From: Eledone cirrhosa
Lineage: Eukaryota
Assembly (NCBI GenBank): GCA_964016885.1
Contig: OZ024743.1
Location: 328,352,001 to 328,416,000 of the forward strand
DNA length: 64,000 bases
Direction: 5' to 3'
Positions within the stretch are counted from its first letter, which is position 1; every line of letters begins with the position of its first letter. The position numbers were made by a program, and so were the translations under genes. Below, in pieces: positions 1 to 12,464 of this stretch. The notes beneath the pieces were generated by a model, which saw only the letters and a program-made list of their open reading frames with translations, was not told the DNA's origin and made no database searches.

Positions 1-657
1 ATGGGTTGGACATTGTTTTGTTTTGGTTTGAGCTGTGGTGGTTGTTTTTGTAGTGGTTGTTGTGGTGATTGTGTTGGTTGTGCAGTTGTTGGTGGTGTGG
101 GCAGGATTGGGGTTTTCTTATTAAGTTGGGGACAGACAGCCCTCAGGTGACCTCTGGTTCCGCAGAGGTAACACGAGGGCCGTCTACCCTCAACGGTAAT
201 GTTGATGAAGGTTAGATCATCCAGTATGACGCGTTCAGGGATCTGGGCGATCCTTTCGGGCCTCATTTGAACTACAAGTTCGAGGCTCGTTCCACTGAAC
301 GCGTCACCCGATGCCTTTCCCATGGACACCAGCATGTCATCCTCCAGGTCCAGAAAACCTGTCAAAACCCACCATATGTCCATAATCGGCAGGATGGTGT
401 GGATTTTTATTTTTTGTGTTCTTCTACCCATGTACGTAGGGTAGAAGGTGTATGCGGTGGATGTGATTGGTTTGATGGACAGTTTCACTGCTGTGTCCCT
501 GTCCTTCATGAGAATGGATAGACTCCCGTAGAGTCTATCCTTCTGAATGAAGGTGATGTCCTTCATGACGTCTTTTAAAACCAGCTCTATCTCGCTCTGT
601 GATGGTTGAGCTGGTTTTTTACTTTTGTTCGAGATTGTCCTAAACATGACCGTGTTT
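1..657 (-). mobile_element. Tx1/L1-clade LINE, 5'-truncated within ORF1; continues beyond the window start
   Basis: The minus strand reads NTVMFRTISNKSKKPAQPSQSEIELVLKD...KDRLYGS...VEGRRPSCYLCGTRGHLRAVCP. This is homologous to ORF1 at 54930-56474 and includes the CCHC knuckle. The copy ends abruptly at TAGA/TAGG repeats. Confidence 0.9.
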
Positions 658-1441
658 AGGTAGTAGATAGATAGGTAGGTAGGTAGTAGATAGATAGATA
701 GGTAGGTAGTAGATAGATAGGTAGGTGGGTAAGTAGATAGATAGATAGGTAGGTAGTAGATAGATAGGTAGGTAGGTAGTAGATAGATAGGTAGGTAGGT
801 AGTAGATAGATAGGTAGGTAGGTAGTAGATAGATAGGTAGGTAGGTAGTAGATAGATAGGTAGGTAGGTAGTAGATAGATAGGTAGGTAGGTAGTAGATA
901 GATAGATAGGTAGGTAGTAGATAGATAGATAGGTAGGTAGTAGATAGATAGGTAGGTGGGTAAGTAGATAGATAGATAGGTAGGTAGTAGATAGATAGGT
1001 AGGTGGGTAGGTAAGTAAGTAGATAGATAGGTAGGTAGGTAAGTAGATAGATAGATAGGTAGTAGATAGATAGGTAGGTAGGTAAGTAGATAGATAGATA
1101 GGTAGGTAGTAGATAGATAGATAGGTAGGTAGTAGATAGATAGGTAGGTAGGTAGTAGATAGATAGATAGGTAGGTAGTAGATAGATAGGTAGGTGGGTA
1201 AGTAGATAGATAGATAGGTAGGTAGTAGATAGATAGGTAGGTAGGTAGTAGATAGATAGGTAGGTAGGTAAGTAGATAGATAGATAGGTAGGTAGTAGAT
1301 AGATAGGTAGGTAGGTAAGTAGATAGATAGATAGGTAGGTAGGTAGGTAAGTAGATAGATAGGTAGGTAAGTCGGTGGGTAGGTAGGTAAGTAGATAGAT
1401 AGGTAGGTAGGTAAGTCGGTGGGTAGGTAGGTAAGTAGATA
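658..1441. repeat. Compound (TAGA)n/(TAGG)n microsatellite
   Basis: Seen directly. The right end carries the GTAAGTCGGTGGGTAGG variant shared with the next two arrays. Confidence 0.97.
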
Positions 1442-1705
1442 TGTTTCTTTTATTTGCCACTAGGGCATCAAAAGTGGGACAAGTACAAAGGGGGGAGTTT
1501 ACACAAAAAGGCGTCCTCAATAAGGAGGAGGCAATAACAAAATATAAAAATAAAATAAAATATAACAAAAAATAAAATTTATAACAAAATCCTCAATAGA
1601 GAGGAGGCGCCTTGGGGGGTCGCACACACCCCCGAAAAAAGTGTGCAACCCTTCTCCTCAGGAGCACAGAGAAGGGGTGCTCCCTTGGTCTTTCATCTTC
1701 CTCAC

Positions 1706-4700
1706 CTATAGTCTGATGTTGAGTGAAGGCCCATTCACACGGGCCATTCTCGCCACTTTCACCCATCTTTCATAGAAACGGCTGGGGTGCAGCACCTCTC
1801 TCTCCATCCTGATCCTTCTTCCGAAATGATATCGGAAGAAACGGACCAGTTGTTGGCCAGAGAGAAAGGTGCCTGACCTCAGTCCTTTCAGACGCGTCCA
1901 CCATACAACCTCTTTCGCCATGGTTATTACGCACAGAAACACCGCCTCTGCTTCATCTTTGAAGGGGGGAGGCGGCTTGATCATTACAATAGACTCGGTG
2001 GTCAACCGGATCGGTCCCACCCTTGACAGCAGTTGTTCGACATAGCCCCACAGATCGGCTACGCCCGAGCAGTGTACCAATGCGTGTGCAACGGTTTCCT
2101 CGTCGCACACGCATCTGGGACAGATCTTTTTGGCGGGGTCCCTACCCGGGCGCCCGTATCTGTAGAGCCTTTCTCGAACGGGTAAAGCCCCTCGGTAGCA
2201 CTGCCAGGCCAGGGACTTCTGGAAGTTGTCCATAGGTCCCGGGCTGAATGTCCTACCGAACAGGCTGGCCAGTTTGTCCTCCTCCATGTCTAGGGCTTCT
2301 CTGAGGGCGTCGTCGCACCTGCTGCGTACGATCCTTTATAGAATGTTGTGGTGGAGTCTCCACTGATAACCGGATCCGCCTGCCAGAGGGCGGTGAGCGC
2401 CTGGGCACACTCAGTGTGCCAGGTGCCCAATTTTCTCGGTCTTTGCTTGACCCAGGATTGCAGCTCGGTGAGTGAGACGAGTCTGGGAAAGGTTCGTCTC
2501 ACAAACGAGGCCCACACCGGTTGTCCGGTGAGGAATACGTAGAGGTGGCGTAGCCTTAATGCGTGTTTACGCATCATTAGCCACGGCATCCCCAGCCCTC
2601 CTTTCGAAGGGTGTTGACAGCAGATGGATCTCCTCACCATAGGAGCCCGCCTCTTCCAAAGGAATTGGAAGAGCGCGCGCTCCATCTTGGTGAGGGTTTC
2701 CCTTGGGCAGGGCACTATGGTCAGGCGGTAGTAGATGACGGACGCTATGTAGGTGTTCGCCACCTCCGCCCGACCTTTCAGGGATAGTTTGCAACTGGCC
2801 CACTTCTGGGTCAGTGCAAACACCCTGTTCGTAACCTCCGCCCAGTTTTTCTCCACCTGGAGGTCCGGTCCGAACCAGACCCCGAGCAACTTCACCGGGC
2901 CCTCCGTCCAGCGTCCGACGACGCCATCGGAGGGCATCGGTCTGCCCCTCCACGTGCCGAGTTGCAAACCGATCGACTTGTCCCGGTTCAGCTTAGCCCC
3001 TGTGAACTTTTCGTACTCCTCCAGTAAGGTGCCGACCGCCTCGATTTCGGAGGCCTTCGACACCATTACTGTCACGTCATCGGCGTAGGCCGACACCGCT
3101 TTCCGCAATCCCGGTTCCAAAGGGATGCCCTGCAACAACTCCAACTTCCGCAGTAGTGGCTCGAGAGTCAACACATACAGAAGGGAGGAGAGAGGGCACC
3201 CTTGTCGGATGGACCGCGCGATTTTGAACGGCTCCGAGAGGTAGCCGTTCACCTTGACCCTAGAGCAGATGCGGCTGCTGTGCATAGCAGTGATCCAGCC
3301 CCTGAAAACGGGTCCGAAGCCTGCCGCCGCTAGCACCGCATCCAGGTAACCATGGTCGACCCTATCGAACGCCTTAGATTGATCCAAGTTGATCAGAGCC
3401 CCACCAAAGCCGGGTTCGTTCCCAACCCTCTCTATGATGTATCGCATGAGGTGGAGGTTGTCATGGATGGACCTGGACGGGATAGCGCATGTCTGCGCAT
3501 CTCCCACCAGGTTGCCCACGACAAGCGCCAACCTCTTTGCTAGCACCTTGGCCAAAATCTGTAACTCTGTATTTAGCAGAGTTATGGGCCTGAAGTTACT
3601 TATTTCGTCCCCCTTGTTCTCGTCCTTCCTCACTAGCGTGACTACGCCCTTGGTCACAGTACAGGGAATTCTCCCGTTCTGTTGCCAGTTGCAGTAGACC
3701 GCCTCGAGGAGATCGGGGAACAAGTCCGGCATAGCTAGATATAATTCGTAAGGAAGACCATCGAGACCCGGGGATTTGCGTTTGCCGCATTGGCTCAGCA
3801 CGTCCTCTATCTCAGCGGCCGAAATCGGCTCCTCGCAGGACTTCGCCTCCCTGTCCGAGAGGCGCGGCAGGCCGTCGAGGTATGGACCGAAGTCCACGTT
3901 CCCAACCGGCTCCCCGCCCCTCCCGAACAGTCGGGCAAAGTGCCTTTGAAAGGCCTCACACATCTGCTTAGGCTCAAGAATCGCCCGTCCATCCAGGTCT
4001 CGCAAAGACCGGATGGTGGATTTAGTTCCACTGTTGGCCTCTGTCACGCGGGCCCAGCTAACAGCTTTGGTCCCCTCATTCCCTAGAGCACGTATTTTAC
4101 TTCGGACAACGCAGCCTTCGTGCTTCGCGTCGAAAAACTGGCTCAAAGCCGTTCTCGACGCTAGCACTCTGGCCACGTCGCCGCTTCTAATTGCCTCTTC
4201 TACTCTATCTATTAGCTCCCTTTCCTTCCTATTCCTATCCGCAGCTAGAACCTTACTAAATTCTATCGAGACTACTCTAATCTCTCTCTTTAGAGATACC
4301 CACCACCTGCTGTTGACGATCGCTCCAGTCAACCGTTCCTTAACTAACGTACTAATCCGATTCCTGTAGGCTCTACTTGCCGGCAAGGACAAGTTGAGCT
4401 TCCAGTAACCGGGGCCCTGTCTATGAGTTCTGTCAAGGTTGACCATGCAGGTCACTAATTTGTGGTCTGAATAGCCAACCATGCGCATTTTTGGACAACT
4501 TAAAAAGTCCTTATCCTTAATTCTAACTAAGAACCTATCTAGGTACGACCTAGATGATCCGCTACGATTTGCCCAAGTCCAGGTTGGCGCAGTCGGAAAA
4601 TCTAGTCGATATCTATCGGCCAGGTCAAATCGACCGATTAACCCTTTGAGGATATTACACCCCTCTCTATCGGGGCAGGCCCCTATGTAGTCCCAGCGTG

Positions 4701-5142
4701 CATCTAGGATACCATTCCAGTCCCCCACTAATAGCAAGGAGCGGGATGTCCCTAGAAAAGTCTCCAGACGATGGGAGAAGTCCGGCCGCATTGACCCGAA
4801 AGGGCCGTAGGCGGCTACCAACCTAAACGCTCCGCCTTTACCACTGCCAAGGTCCAGAACCACTAGTCGACCCTCCGGGTCCAAATGTACCATCTGTGTT
4901 GCGAGACCCAGATGTTTTTGCAGCAGAACGACAACTCCACCCCCACCTCCGGGCTGACAGAGAGATGCGTGCATCTCAAAGTCATCAAAGGTGGGGGCCA
5001 GCTGTCGCACGTTGCTGATCCGGGCCTCGCAAATAACCATCACATCTATACGTTGTGATCTGAGGTCATTTAGAAGCATTGCTTGCTTCCAAGTTGAGCC
5101 CAGGCCACGCGCATTTAAACAGCCTACTCTTAGCATAGCCAT
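1706..5142 (-). pseudogene. Tx1 ORF2 (APE endonuclease + reverse transcriptase + C-terminal zinc motif) with one frameshift near 2330
   Basis: APE motifs LNARGL, GDWN, SYLDR, SDH. RT motifs KSPGLDG, FRPITLLN, DQSKAFDRV, QGCPLS, YADD. CPRC...HALVHC lies in the 1706-2287 segment. Confidence 0.93.
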
Positions 5143-5166
5143 GTTGGTGGTGAAGAGAAAAGGCAC

Positions 5167-5680
5167 TTACCTCTCTGCGTCCCGAGTATCGGGCTGCACA
5201 ATTTCCATTAGGGTGGGGGGTGGGTTGTTGGGTGGGGTGGTGGTTTGTGGAAGTGTGGGGGCATCAGTGTGTTGTGTGGTTGGGGAGCTTGGAGTTGTGT
5301 GGGTGTTTGGGGAGGGAGTGGGATAGTTTTTTAGGAGGACGCGGTTAATGGGCCCGACGCAGGGGGGACCCAAGTCCTCTTTAAAATTGTTTTTTAAAGT
5401 TTTATAGGTGTCCTGTGGGGCCTTAATCATTTTGAGGTTGGGGAAATCCCCTGCCTGGGTGAAGTTAGGCCCTTGTGTTTTTATTAGATTGTTGTTGTAC
5501 ACAATGTTTAACAGTTTTTTGTTTCTTGTGTTTATGTATGTGTATGCATGTTTTTGTTTTTGTGTGGTGTTTTTTGTTTGCTGTTGTTGTGAGCTCTTTT
5601 GTGTTGGTGTCAGTGTTATGTTTTGGGGAGGGTTTTTTTCATTTGTGTGTCTGAGGTGTGTTTTCTTTTTTTTCTTTTGA
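5167..5680 (-). pseudogene. C-terminal part of Tx1 ORF1
   Basis: QGPNF...LKMIK...PPC..PINRVLLK..P...MEIVQP aligns with the end of ORF1 at 56090-56435. Confidence 0.85.
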
Positions 5681-6344
5681 TAGGTAAGTAGATAGATAGG
5701 TAGGTAGGTAAGTCGGTGGGTAGGTAGGTAAGTAGATAGATAGGTAGGTAGGTAAGTCAGTGGGTAGGTACGTAAGTAGATAGATAGGTAGGTAAGTCGG
5801 TGGGTAGTAGGTAAGTAGATAGATAGATAGGTGGGTAAGTCGGTGGGTAGGTAGGTAAGTAGATAGATAGGTAGGTAGGTAAGTCAGTGGGTAGGTACGT
5901 AAGTAGATAGATAGGTAGGTAAGTCGGTGGGTAGTAGGTAAGTAGATAGATAGATAGGTGGGTAAGTCGGTGGGTAGGTAGGTAAGTAGATAGATAGGTA
6001 GGTAGGTAAGTCAGTGGGTAGGTAAGTAGATAGGTAGGTAAGTAGATAGATAGATAGGTGGGTAGGTAGGTAAGTAGATAGATAGGTAGGTGGGTAAGTC
6101 GGTGGGTAGGTGGGTAAGTCGGTGGGTAGGTAGGTAAGTAGATAGATAGGTAGGTAGGTAAGTCGGTGGGTAGGTAGGTAAGTAGATAGATAGATAGGTA
6201 GGTAAGTAGATAGATAGGTAGGTGGGTAAGTCGGTGGGTAGGTAGGTAAGTAGATAGATAGGTAGGTGGGTAAGTCGGTGGGTAGGTAGGTAAGTAGATA
6301 GATAGATAGGTAGGTAAGTCGGTGGGTAGGTAGGTAAGTAGATA
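5681..6344. repeat. Compound TAGA/TAGG minisatellite with a GTAAGTCGGTGGGTAGG higher-order unit
   Basis: Seen directly; lies between two Tx1 copies. Confidence 0.97.
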
Positions 6345-8509
6345 TGTTTCTTTTATTTGCCACCAGGGCATTAAAAGTGGGACAAGTACAATGGGGGGAG
6401 TTTACAAAACAAGGCGTCCTCAATAAGGAGGAGGCAATAACAAAATATAAAAATAAAATAAAATATAACAGAATAAAATATATAACAAAATCTTCAATAG
6501 AGAGGAGGCGCCTTGGGGGGTCGTACACACCCCCGAAAAAAGTGTGCAACCCTTCTCCTCAGGAGCACAGAGAGGGGGTGCTCCCTCGTTCCTTCCTCTT
6601 TTCCACCTACAGGCTTATGTAAAGAGAAGGCCCATTCACACGGGCCATTCTCGCCACTTTCACCCACCTTTCATAAAATCGACTGGGGTGGAGCACCTCT
6701 CTCTCCATCCTGATCCTTCTTCCAAAATGATATCGGAAGAAACGGACCAGTTGTTGGCCAGAGAGAAAGGTGCCTGACCTCAGTCCTTTCAGACGCGTCC
6801 ACCATACAACTTCTTTCACCATGGCTATTACGCACAGAAACACCGCCTCTCCTTCATCTTTGAAGGGGGGAGGCGGCTTGATCATTACAATAGACTCGGT
6901 GGTCAACCGGATCGGTCCCACCCTTGACAGCAGTTGTTCGACATAGCCCCACAGATCGGCTACGCCTGAGCAGTGTACCAATGCGTGTGCAATGGTTTCC
7001 TCGTCGCACATGCATCTGGGACAGATCTTTTTGGCGGGGTCCCTACCCGGGCGCCCGTGTCTGTGGAGCTTATCTCGAACGGGTAGAGCCCCTCGGTAGC
7101 ACTGCCAGGCCAGGGACTTCTGGAAGTTGTCCATAGGTCCCGGGCTGAATGTCCTACCGAACAGGCTGGCCAGTTCGTCTTCCTCCATGTCTAGGGCTTC
7201 TCCGAGGGCGTCGTCGCACCTGCTGCGTACCAGCCCTCTATAGAATGTTGTGGTGGAGTCTCCACTGATAACCGGATCCGCCTGCCAGAGGGCGGTGAGC
7301 GCCTGGGCACACTCGGTGTGCCAGGCGCCCAGTTTTCTTGGTCTTTGCTTGACCCAGGATTGCAGCTCGGTGAGTGAGACGAGTCTGGAAAAGGTTTGTC
7401 TCACAAACGAGGCCCACACCGGTTGACCGGTGAGGAATACGTGGAGGTGCCGTAGCCTTAATGCGTGTTTACACATCATTAGCTACGGCATCCCCAGCCC
7501 TCGTTTCAAAGGGTGTTGACAGCAGATGGATCTCCTCACCAAGGGAGCCCGCTTCTTCCAAAGGAATTGGAAGAGCGCGCGCTCCATCTTGGCGAGGGTT
7601 TCCCTTGGGCAAGGCACTACGGTCAGGCGGTAGTAGATGACGGACGCTATATAGGTGTTCGCCACCTCCGCCCGACCTTTCAGGGATAGTTTGCAACTGG
7701 CCCACTTCTGGGTCAGTGCAAACACCCTGTTCGTGACCTCCGCCCAGTTCTTCTCCACCTGGAGGTCTGGTCCGAACCAGACCCCGAGCAACTTCACCGG
7801 GCCCTCCGTCCAGCGTCCGACGACGCCATCGGAGGGCATCGGTCTGCCCCTCCATGTGCCGAGTTGCAAACCGATCGACTTGTCCCGGTTCAGCTTAGCC
7901 CCTGTGAACCTTTCGTACTCCTCCAGTAAGGTGCCGATCGCCCCGATTTCGGAGGCCGTCGACACCATTACTGTTACGTCATCGGCGTAGGCTGATACCG
8001 CTTTCCGCAATCCCGGTTCCAAAGGGATGCCCTGCAACAACTCCAACTTCCGCAGTAGTGGCTCGAGAGTCAACACATACAGAAGGGAGGAGAGAGGGCA
8101 CCCTTGTCGCATGGACCGCGCGATTTTGAACGGCTCCGAGAGGTAGCCGTTCACCTTGACCCTAGAGCAGATGCAGCTGCTGTGCATAGCAGTGATCCAG
8201 CCCCTGAAAACGGGTCCGAAGCCTGCCGCCGCTAGCACCGCATCCAGGTAACCATGGTCGACCCTATCGAATGCCTTAGATTGATCCAAGTTGATCAGAG
8301 CCCCACCAAAGCCGGGTTCGTTCCCAACCCTCTCTATGATGTATCGGATGAGGTGGAGGTTGTCATGGATGGACCTGGACGGGATAGCACATGTCTGCGC
8401 ATCTCCCACCAGGTTGCCCACGACAAGCGCCAACCTCTTTGCTAGCACCTTGGCCAAAATCTGTAACTCTGTATTTAGCAGAGTTATGGGCCTGAAGTTA
8501 CTTATTTCG
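6345..8509 (-). mobile_element. Tx1/L1-clade LINE, 5'-truncated within RT; close paralogue of 1442-5680
   Basis: The RT-to-C-terminus protein is near-identical to the previous copy, with a Trp-to-stop change near 7481. The 3' junction is the same as in the previous copy. Confidence 0.95.
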
Positions 8510-8740
8510 GTAGGTAAGTAGGTAGGTAGGTAGGTAAGTCGGTGGGTAGGTAGGTAAGTAGATAGATAGATAGGTAGGTAGGTAAGTCGGTGGGTAGGTA
8601 GGTAAGTAGATAGATAGGTAAGTGGGTAAGTCAGTGGGTAGGTAGGTAAGTAGATAGATAGATAGGTAGGTAAGTCGGTGGGTAGGTAGGTAAGTAGATA
8701 GATAGGTAGGTAGGTAAGTAAGTCGGTGGGTAGGTAGGAT
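8510..8740. repeat. Compound TAGA/TAGG minisatellite
   Basis: Seen directly. Confidence 0.95.
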
Positions 8741-9334
8741 ACCTGTCCTTTTATAAGCCACTCACTCCAGGATTGAGCAGAACTTAATTTTTCCCCTTGG
8801 AACTAATTTCCCAAATGGCTTCAATGTCTCTCCACAGTTTCTATAACCTCCCTTTATATTTGCTCTCTCACACACATACACTAATATACACACTCACATT
8901 CACAACATCTGTATATACCACTAAACACATATATATACCTCTGCACTCAGATACCCCTCAGATTCATGCATATCCACCCTATTAGACCCATCGGTCCCAC
9001 CACACACAAGGTGAAGCTTTCCATGTACAAAACATGCTTACACAGAGTTGCATCATAATGCATACATCTGCATCCATGCCATTATACCACCATCTACACC
9101 ACTTGCTCCACCTCCACTCTCTCTACACATTTAGGTGCATGCATGTGTATGTGTACACGTATACACTGTAGCACTGTCGGTGTTGAATGTTTCCCAACAT
9201 TTACTCCACCACCCCACCACTCCTGGCTCTATCCCCCTCCATACACACAGTGACCACACACTTCATACTTCAGTCATTTGCAGTTGTACTGTTATATTGT
9301 TGTACCTGAAGCCAAGTTAGATATCTTGATCATG

Positions 9335-9570
9335 TGTGATATCTTAACCAAGTTATACATCTTGACCAAGCATGATATCTTGACCAAGTGTGATATCTTG
9401 ACCAAGCGTGATATCTTGACCAAGTGTGATATCTTGACCAAGTATGATATCTTGACCAAATGTGATATCTTGACCAAATGTGATATCTTGACCAAGTGTC
9501 ATGTCTTGACCAAGTGTGATATCTTGACCAAATGTGATGTCTTGACCAAGTGTCATATCCTGACTAAAGT
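9335..9570. repeat. 18-bp tandem repeat TGTGATATCTTGACCAAG, about 13 copies
   Basis: Seen directly. Confidence 0.95.
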
Positions 9571-9661
9571 CTAGAAGTGATCCAAACTTTATGAGTAATA
9601 TTAGGTAGACAGAAACTGTATGTAGTCCTGTCACATGTATTGTACCTGCCTCTTGGTAGGC

Positions 9662-12035
9662 CAGTCTTGTTATATACTGAGTCCTATTTTATACTGAGCC
9701 TTGTTATATACTGAGCCATGTTATGTACTGAGTCTTGTTATATACTAAGTCATGCTATATACTAAGTCTTGTTATATATTGAGTCTTGTTATATACTGAG
9801 TCTTGAATACTGAACCATGTTATATACTAAGCCTTGTTATATACTGAGTCTTGTTGTATATTGAGTCTTGTTATATACTGAGTCTTGTTATATACTAAGT
9901 CTTGTTATATATTGAGCCTTGTTATATAATGAGCCATGTTATATACTGAGTCTTGTTATATACTGAGCCATGTTATATACTGAGCCATGTTACATACTGA
10001 ACCTTGTTATACACTGAGCTTTGTTATATACTGAGTCTTGTTATATACTAAGTTTTATTATATACCGAGTCTTGTTATATACTAAGTTTTGTTATATAGC
10101 GAGTCTTGTTATATACTGAGCCTTGTTATATACTGAGCCATGTTATATACCTTGTTACATACTGAGCTATGTTATATACTGAGCCTTGTTATATAATAAG
10201 TCTTGTTATACACTGAGCCTTGTTATATACTGAGTCTTGCTGTATACTGAGTCTTATTATATACTGAACATTGTTATATACTGAGTCGTGTTATATACTA
10301 AGTCTTGTTCTACATTGTGTCTTGTTATATACTGAGTCTTGTTATACACCAAGTGTTGTTATGTTATAAACTGAGTCTTGTTATACACTGAGCTTTGTTA
10401 TATACTGAGCCATGTTATATACTAAGCCATGTTATATACTGAGCCATGTTATATATCAAGTCTTGTTATATACCGAGTCTTGTTATATACTAAGTTTTAT
10501 TATATACCGAGTCTTGTTATATACTAAGTTTTGTTATATAGCGAGTCTTGTTATATACTGAGCCTTGTTATATACTGAGCCATGTTATATACCTTGTTAC
10601 ATACTGAGCTATGTTATATACTGAGCCTTGTTATATAATAAGTCTTGTTATACACTGAGCCTTGTTATATACTGAGTCTTGCTGTATACTGAGTCTTATT
10701 ATATACTGAACATTGTTATATACTGAGTCGTGTTATATACTAAGTCTTGTTCTACATTGTGTCTTGTTATATACTGAGTCTTGTTATACACCAAGTGTTG
10801 TTATGTTATAAACTGAGTCTTGTTATACACTGAGCTTTGTTATATACTGAGCCATGTTATATACTAAGCCATGTTATATACTGAGCCATGTTATATATCA
10901 AGTCTTGTTATATACCGAGTCTTGTTATATACTAAGCCATGTTATATACCTTGTTATATACTGAGTCTTGTTACATACAGAGTCTCGTTATATATTGAGC
11001 CTTGGTATATACTGAGTCTTGTTATATACCGAGTCTTGTTATATATTGAGTCTTGTTAAATACTGAGTCTTGTTATATACTGAGCCATGTTATATACCAA
11101 GTCTTGTTACATACCGAGTCTTGTTATACATTGAGCCTTGGTATATACCGAGTCTTGTTATATATTGAGTCTTGTTAAATACTGAGTCTTGTTATATATT
11201 GAGCCTTGGTATATACTGAGTCTTGTTATATACCGAGTCTTGTTATATATTGAGTCTTGTTAAATACTGAGTCTTGTTATATACTGAGCCATGTTATATA
11301 CCAAGTCTTGTTACATACCGAGCCTTGTTATATAATAAGTCTTGTTATACACTGAGCCTTGTTATATACTGAGTCTTGCTGTATACTGAGTCTTATTATA
11401 TACTGAACATTGTTATATACTGAGTCGTGTTATATACTAAGTCTTGTTCTACATTGTGTCTTGTTATATACTGAGTCTTGTTATACACCAAGTGTTGTTA
11501 TGTTATAAACTGAGTCTTGTTATACACTGAGCTTTGTTATATACTGAGTCTTGTTATATACTGAGCCATGTTCTATACCTTGTCATATACTGAGCCATGT
11601 TATATACTAAGCCATGTTATATACTGAGCCATGTTATATACCAAGTCTTGTTACATACCGAGTCTTGTTATATACTAAGCCATGTTATATACCTTGTTAT
11701 ATACTGAGTCTTGTTACATACAGAGTCTTGTTATATATTGAGCCTTGGTATATACTGAGTCTTGTTATATACCGAGTCTTGTTATATATTGAGTCTTGTT
11801 AAATACTGAGTCTTGTTATATACTGAGCCATGTTATATACCAAGTCTTGTTACATACCGAGTCTTGTTATATATTGAGCCTTGGTATATACCGAGTCTTG
11901 TTATATATTGAGTCTTGTTAAATACTGAGTCTTGTTATATATTGAGTCTTGTTAAATACTGAGTCTTGTTATATACTGAATCTTGTTATATACTGAATCT
12001 TGTTATATACTGAGTGATGTTATATACTGAGTCTT
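9662..12035. repeat. 17-bp satellite GTTATATACTGAGTCTT with higher-order duplications
   Basis: 17-bp period. The variant block at 10051 recurs at 10493 (442 bp) and partly again near 11320. Confidence 0.95.
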
Positions 12036-12464
12036 TCTGAATTATGTTAACACTTAACATCCTCTACTACATAAAACAGCATTAGCAAAATATTAACAAA
12101 ATAAAATATAAAACAGCACTATGGCTACATCACATTAACCTTCTGGGCGCTCTAGGTGCATTATGTCGCTGATAGAGTAATCTCCACTTAATACATAATG
12201 TTGGAAGCAATTCATAAAAAAATTCAGCATGCTAAAGGTTAGATATTAAAGTATTTACTATTATACTGTAAACATTTGAATTAACAAACTCATTTTTAGA
12301 TATAGATTATTTAGTTATATATTTAGATATATAGTAAATCATTGTGGGATATTAAGAGTTAAGGGTATGTACCTGTGGAATGCTCAGTCACTTACATATC
12401 ACTGTAACAATTTGGATGTTCTGTTGGAACACTTGGAGTCAAAACCACCAGAGGTTTATTATTT

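Larger units (their letters stand above)
1442..5680 (-). mobile_element. Tx1/L1-clade LINE, 5'-truncated in ORF1, with complete ORF2 region and 3' UTR
   Basis: ORF2 has APE, RT and a C-terminal Cys/His motif. The 3' end is AATAAAAGAAACA with no poly(A). TAGGTAAGTAGATA flanks both sides (1428-1441 and 5681-5694). Confidence 0.95.

Noticed and set aside
5757-6549. TYLP-repeat ORFs
   Set aside because: Translations of the TAGG/TAGA satellite.
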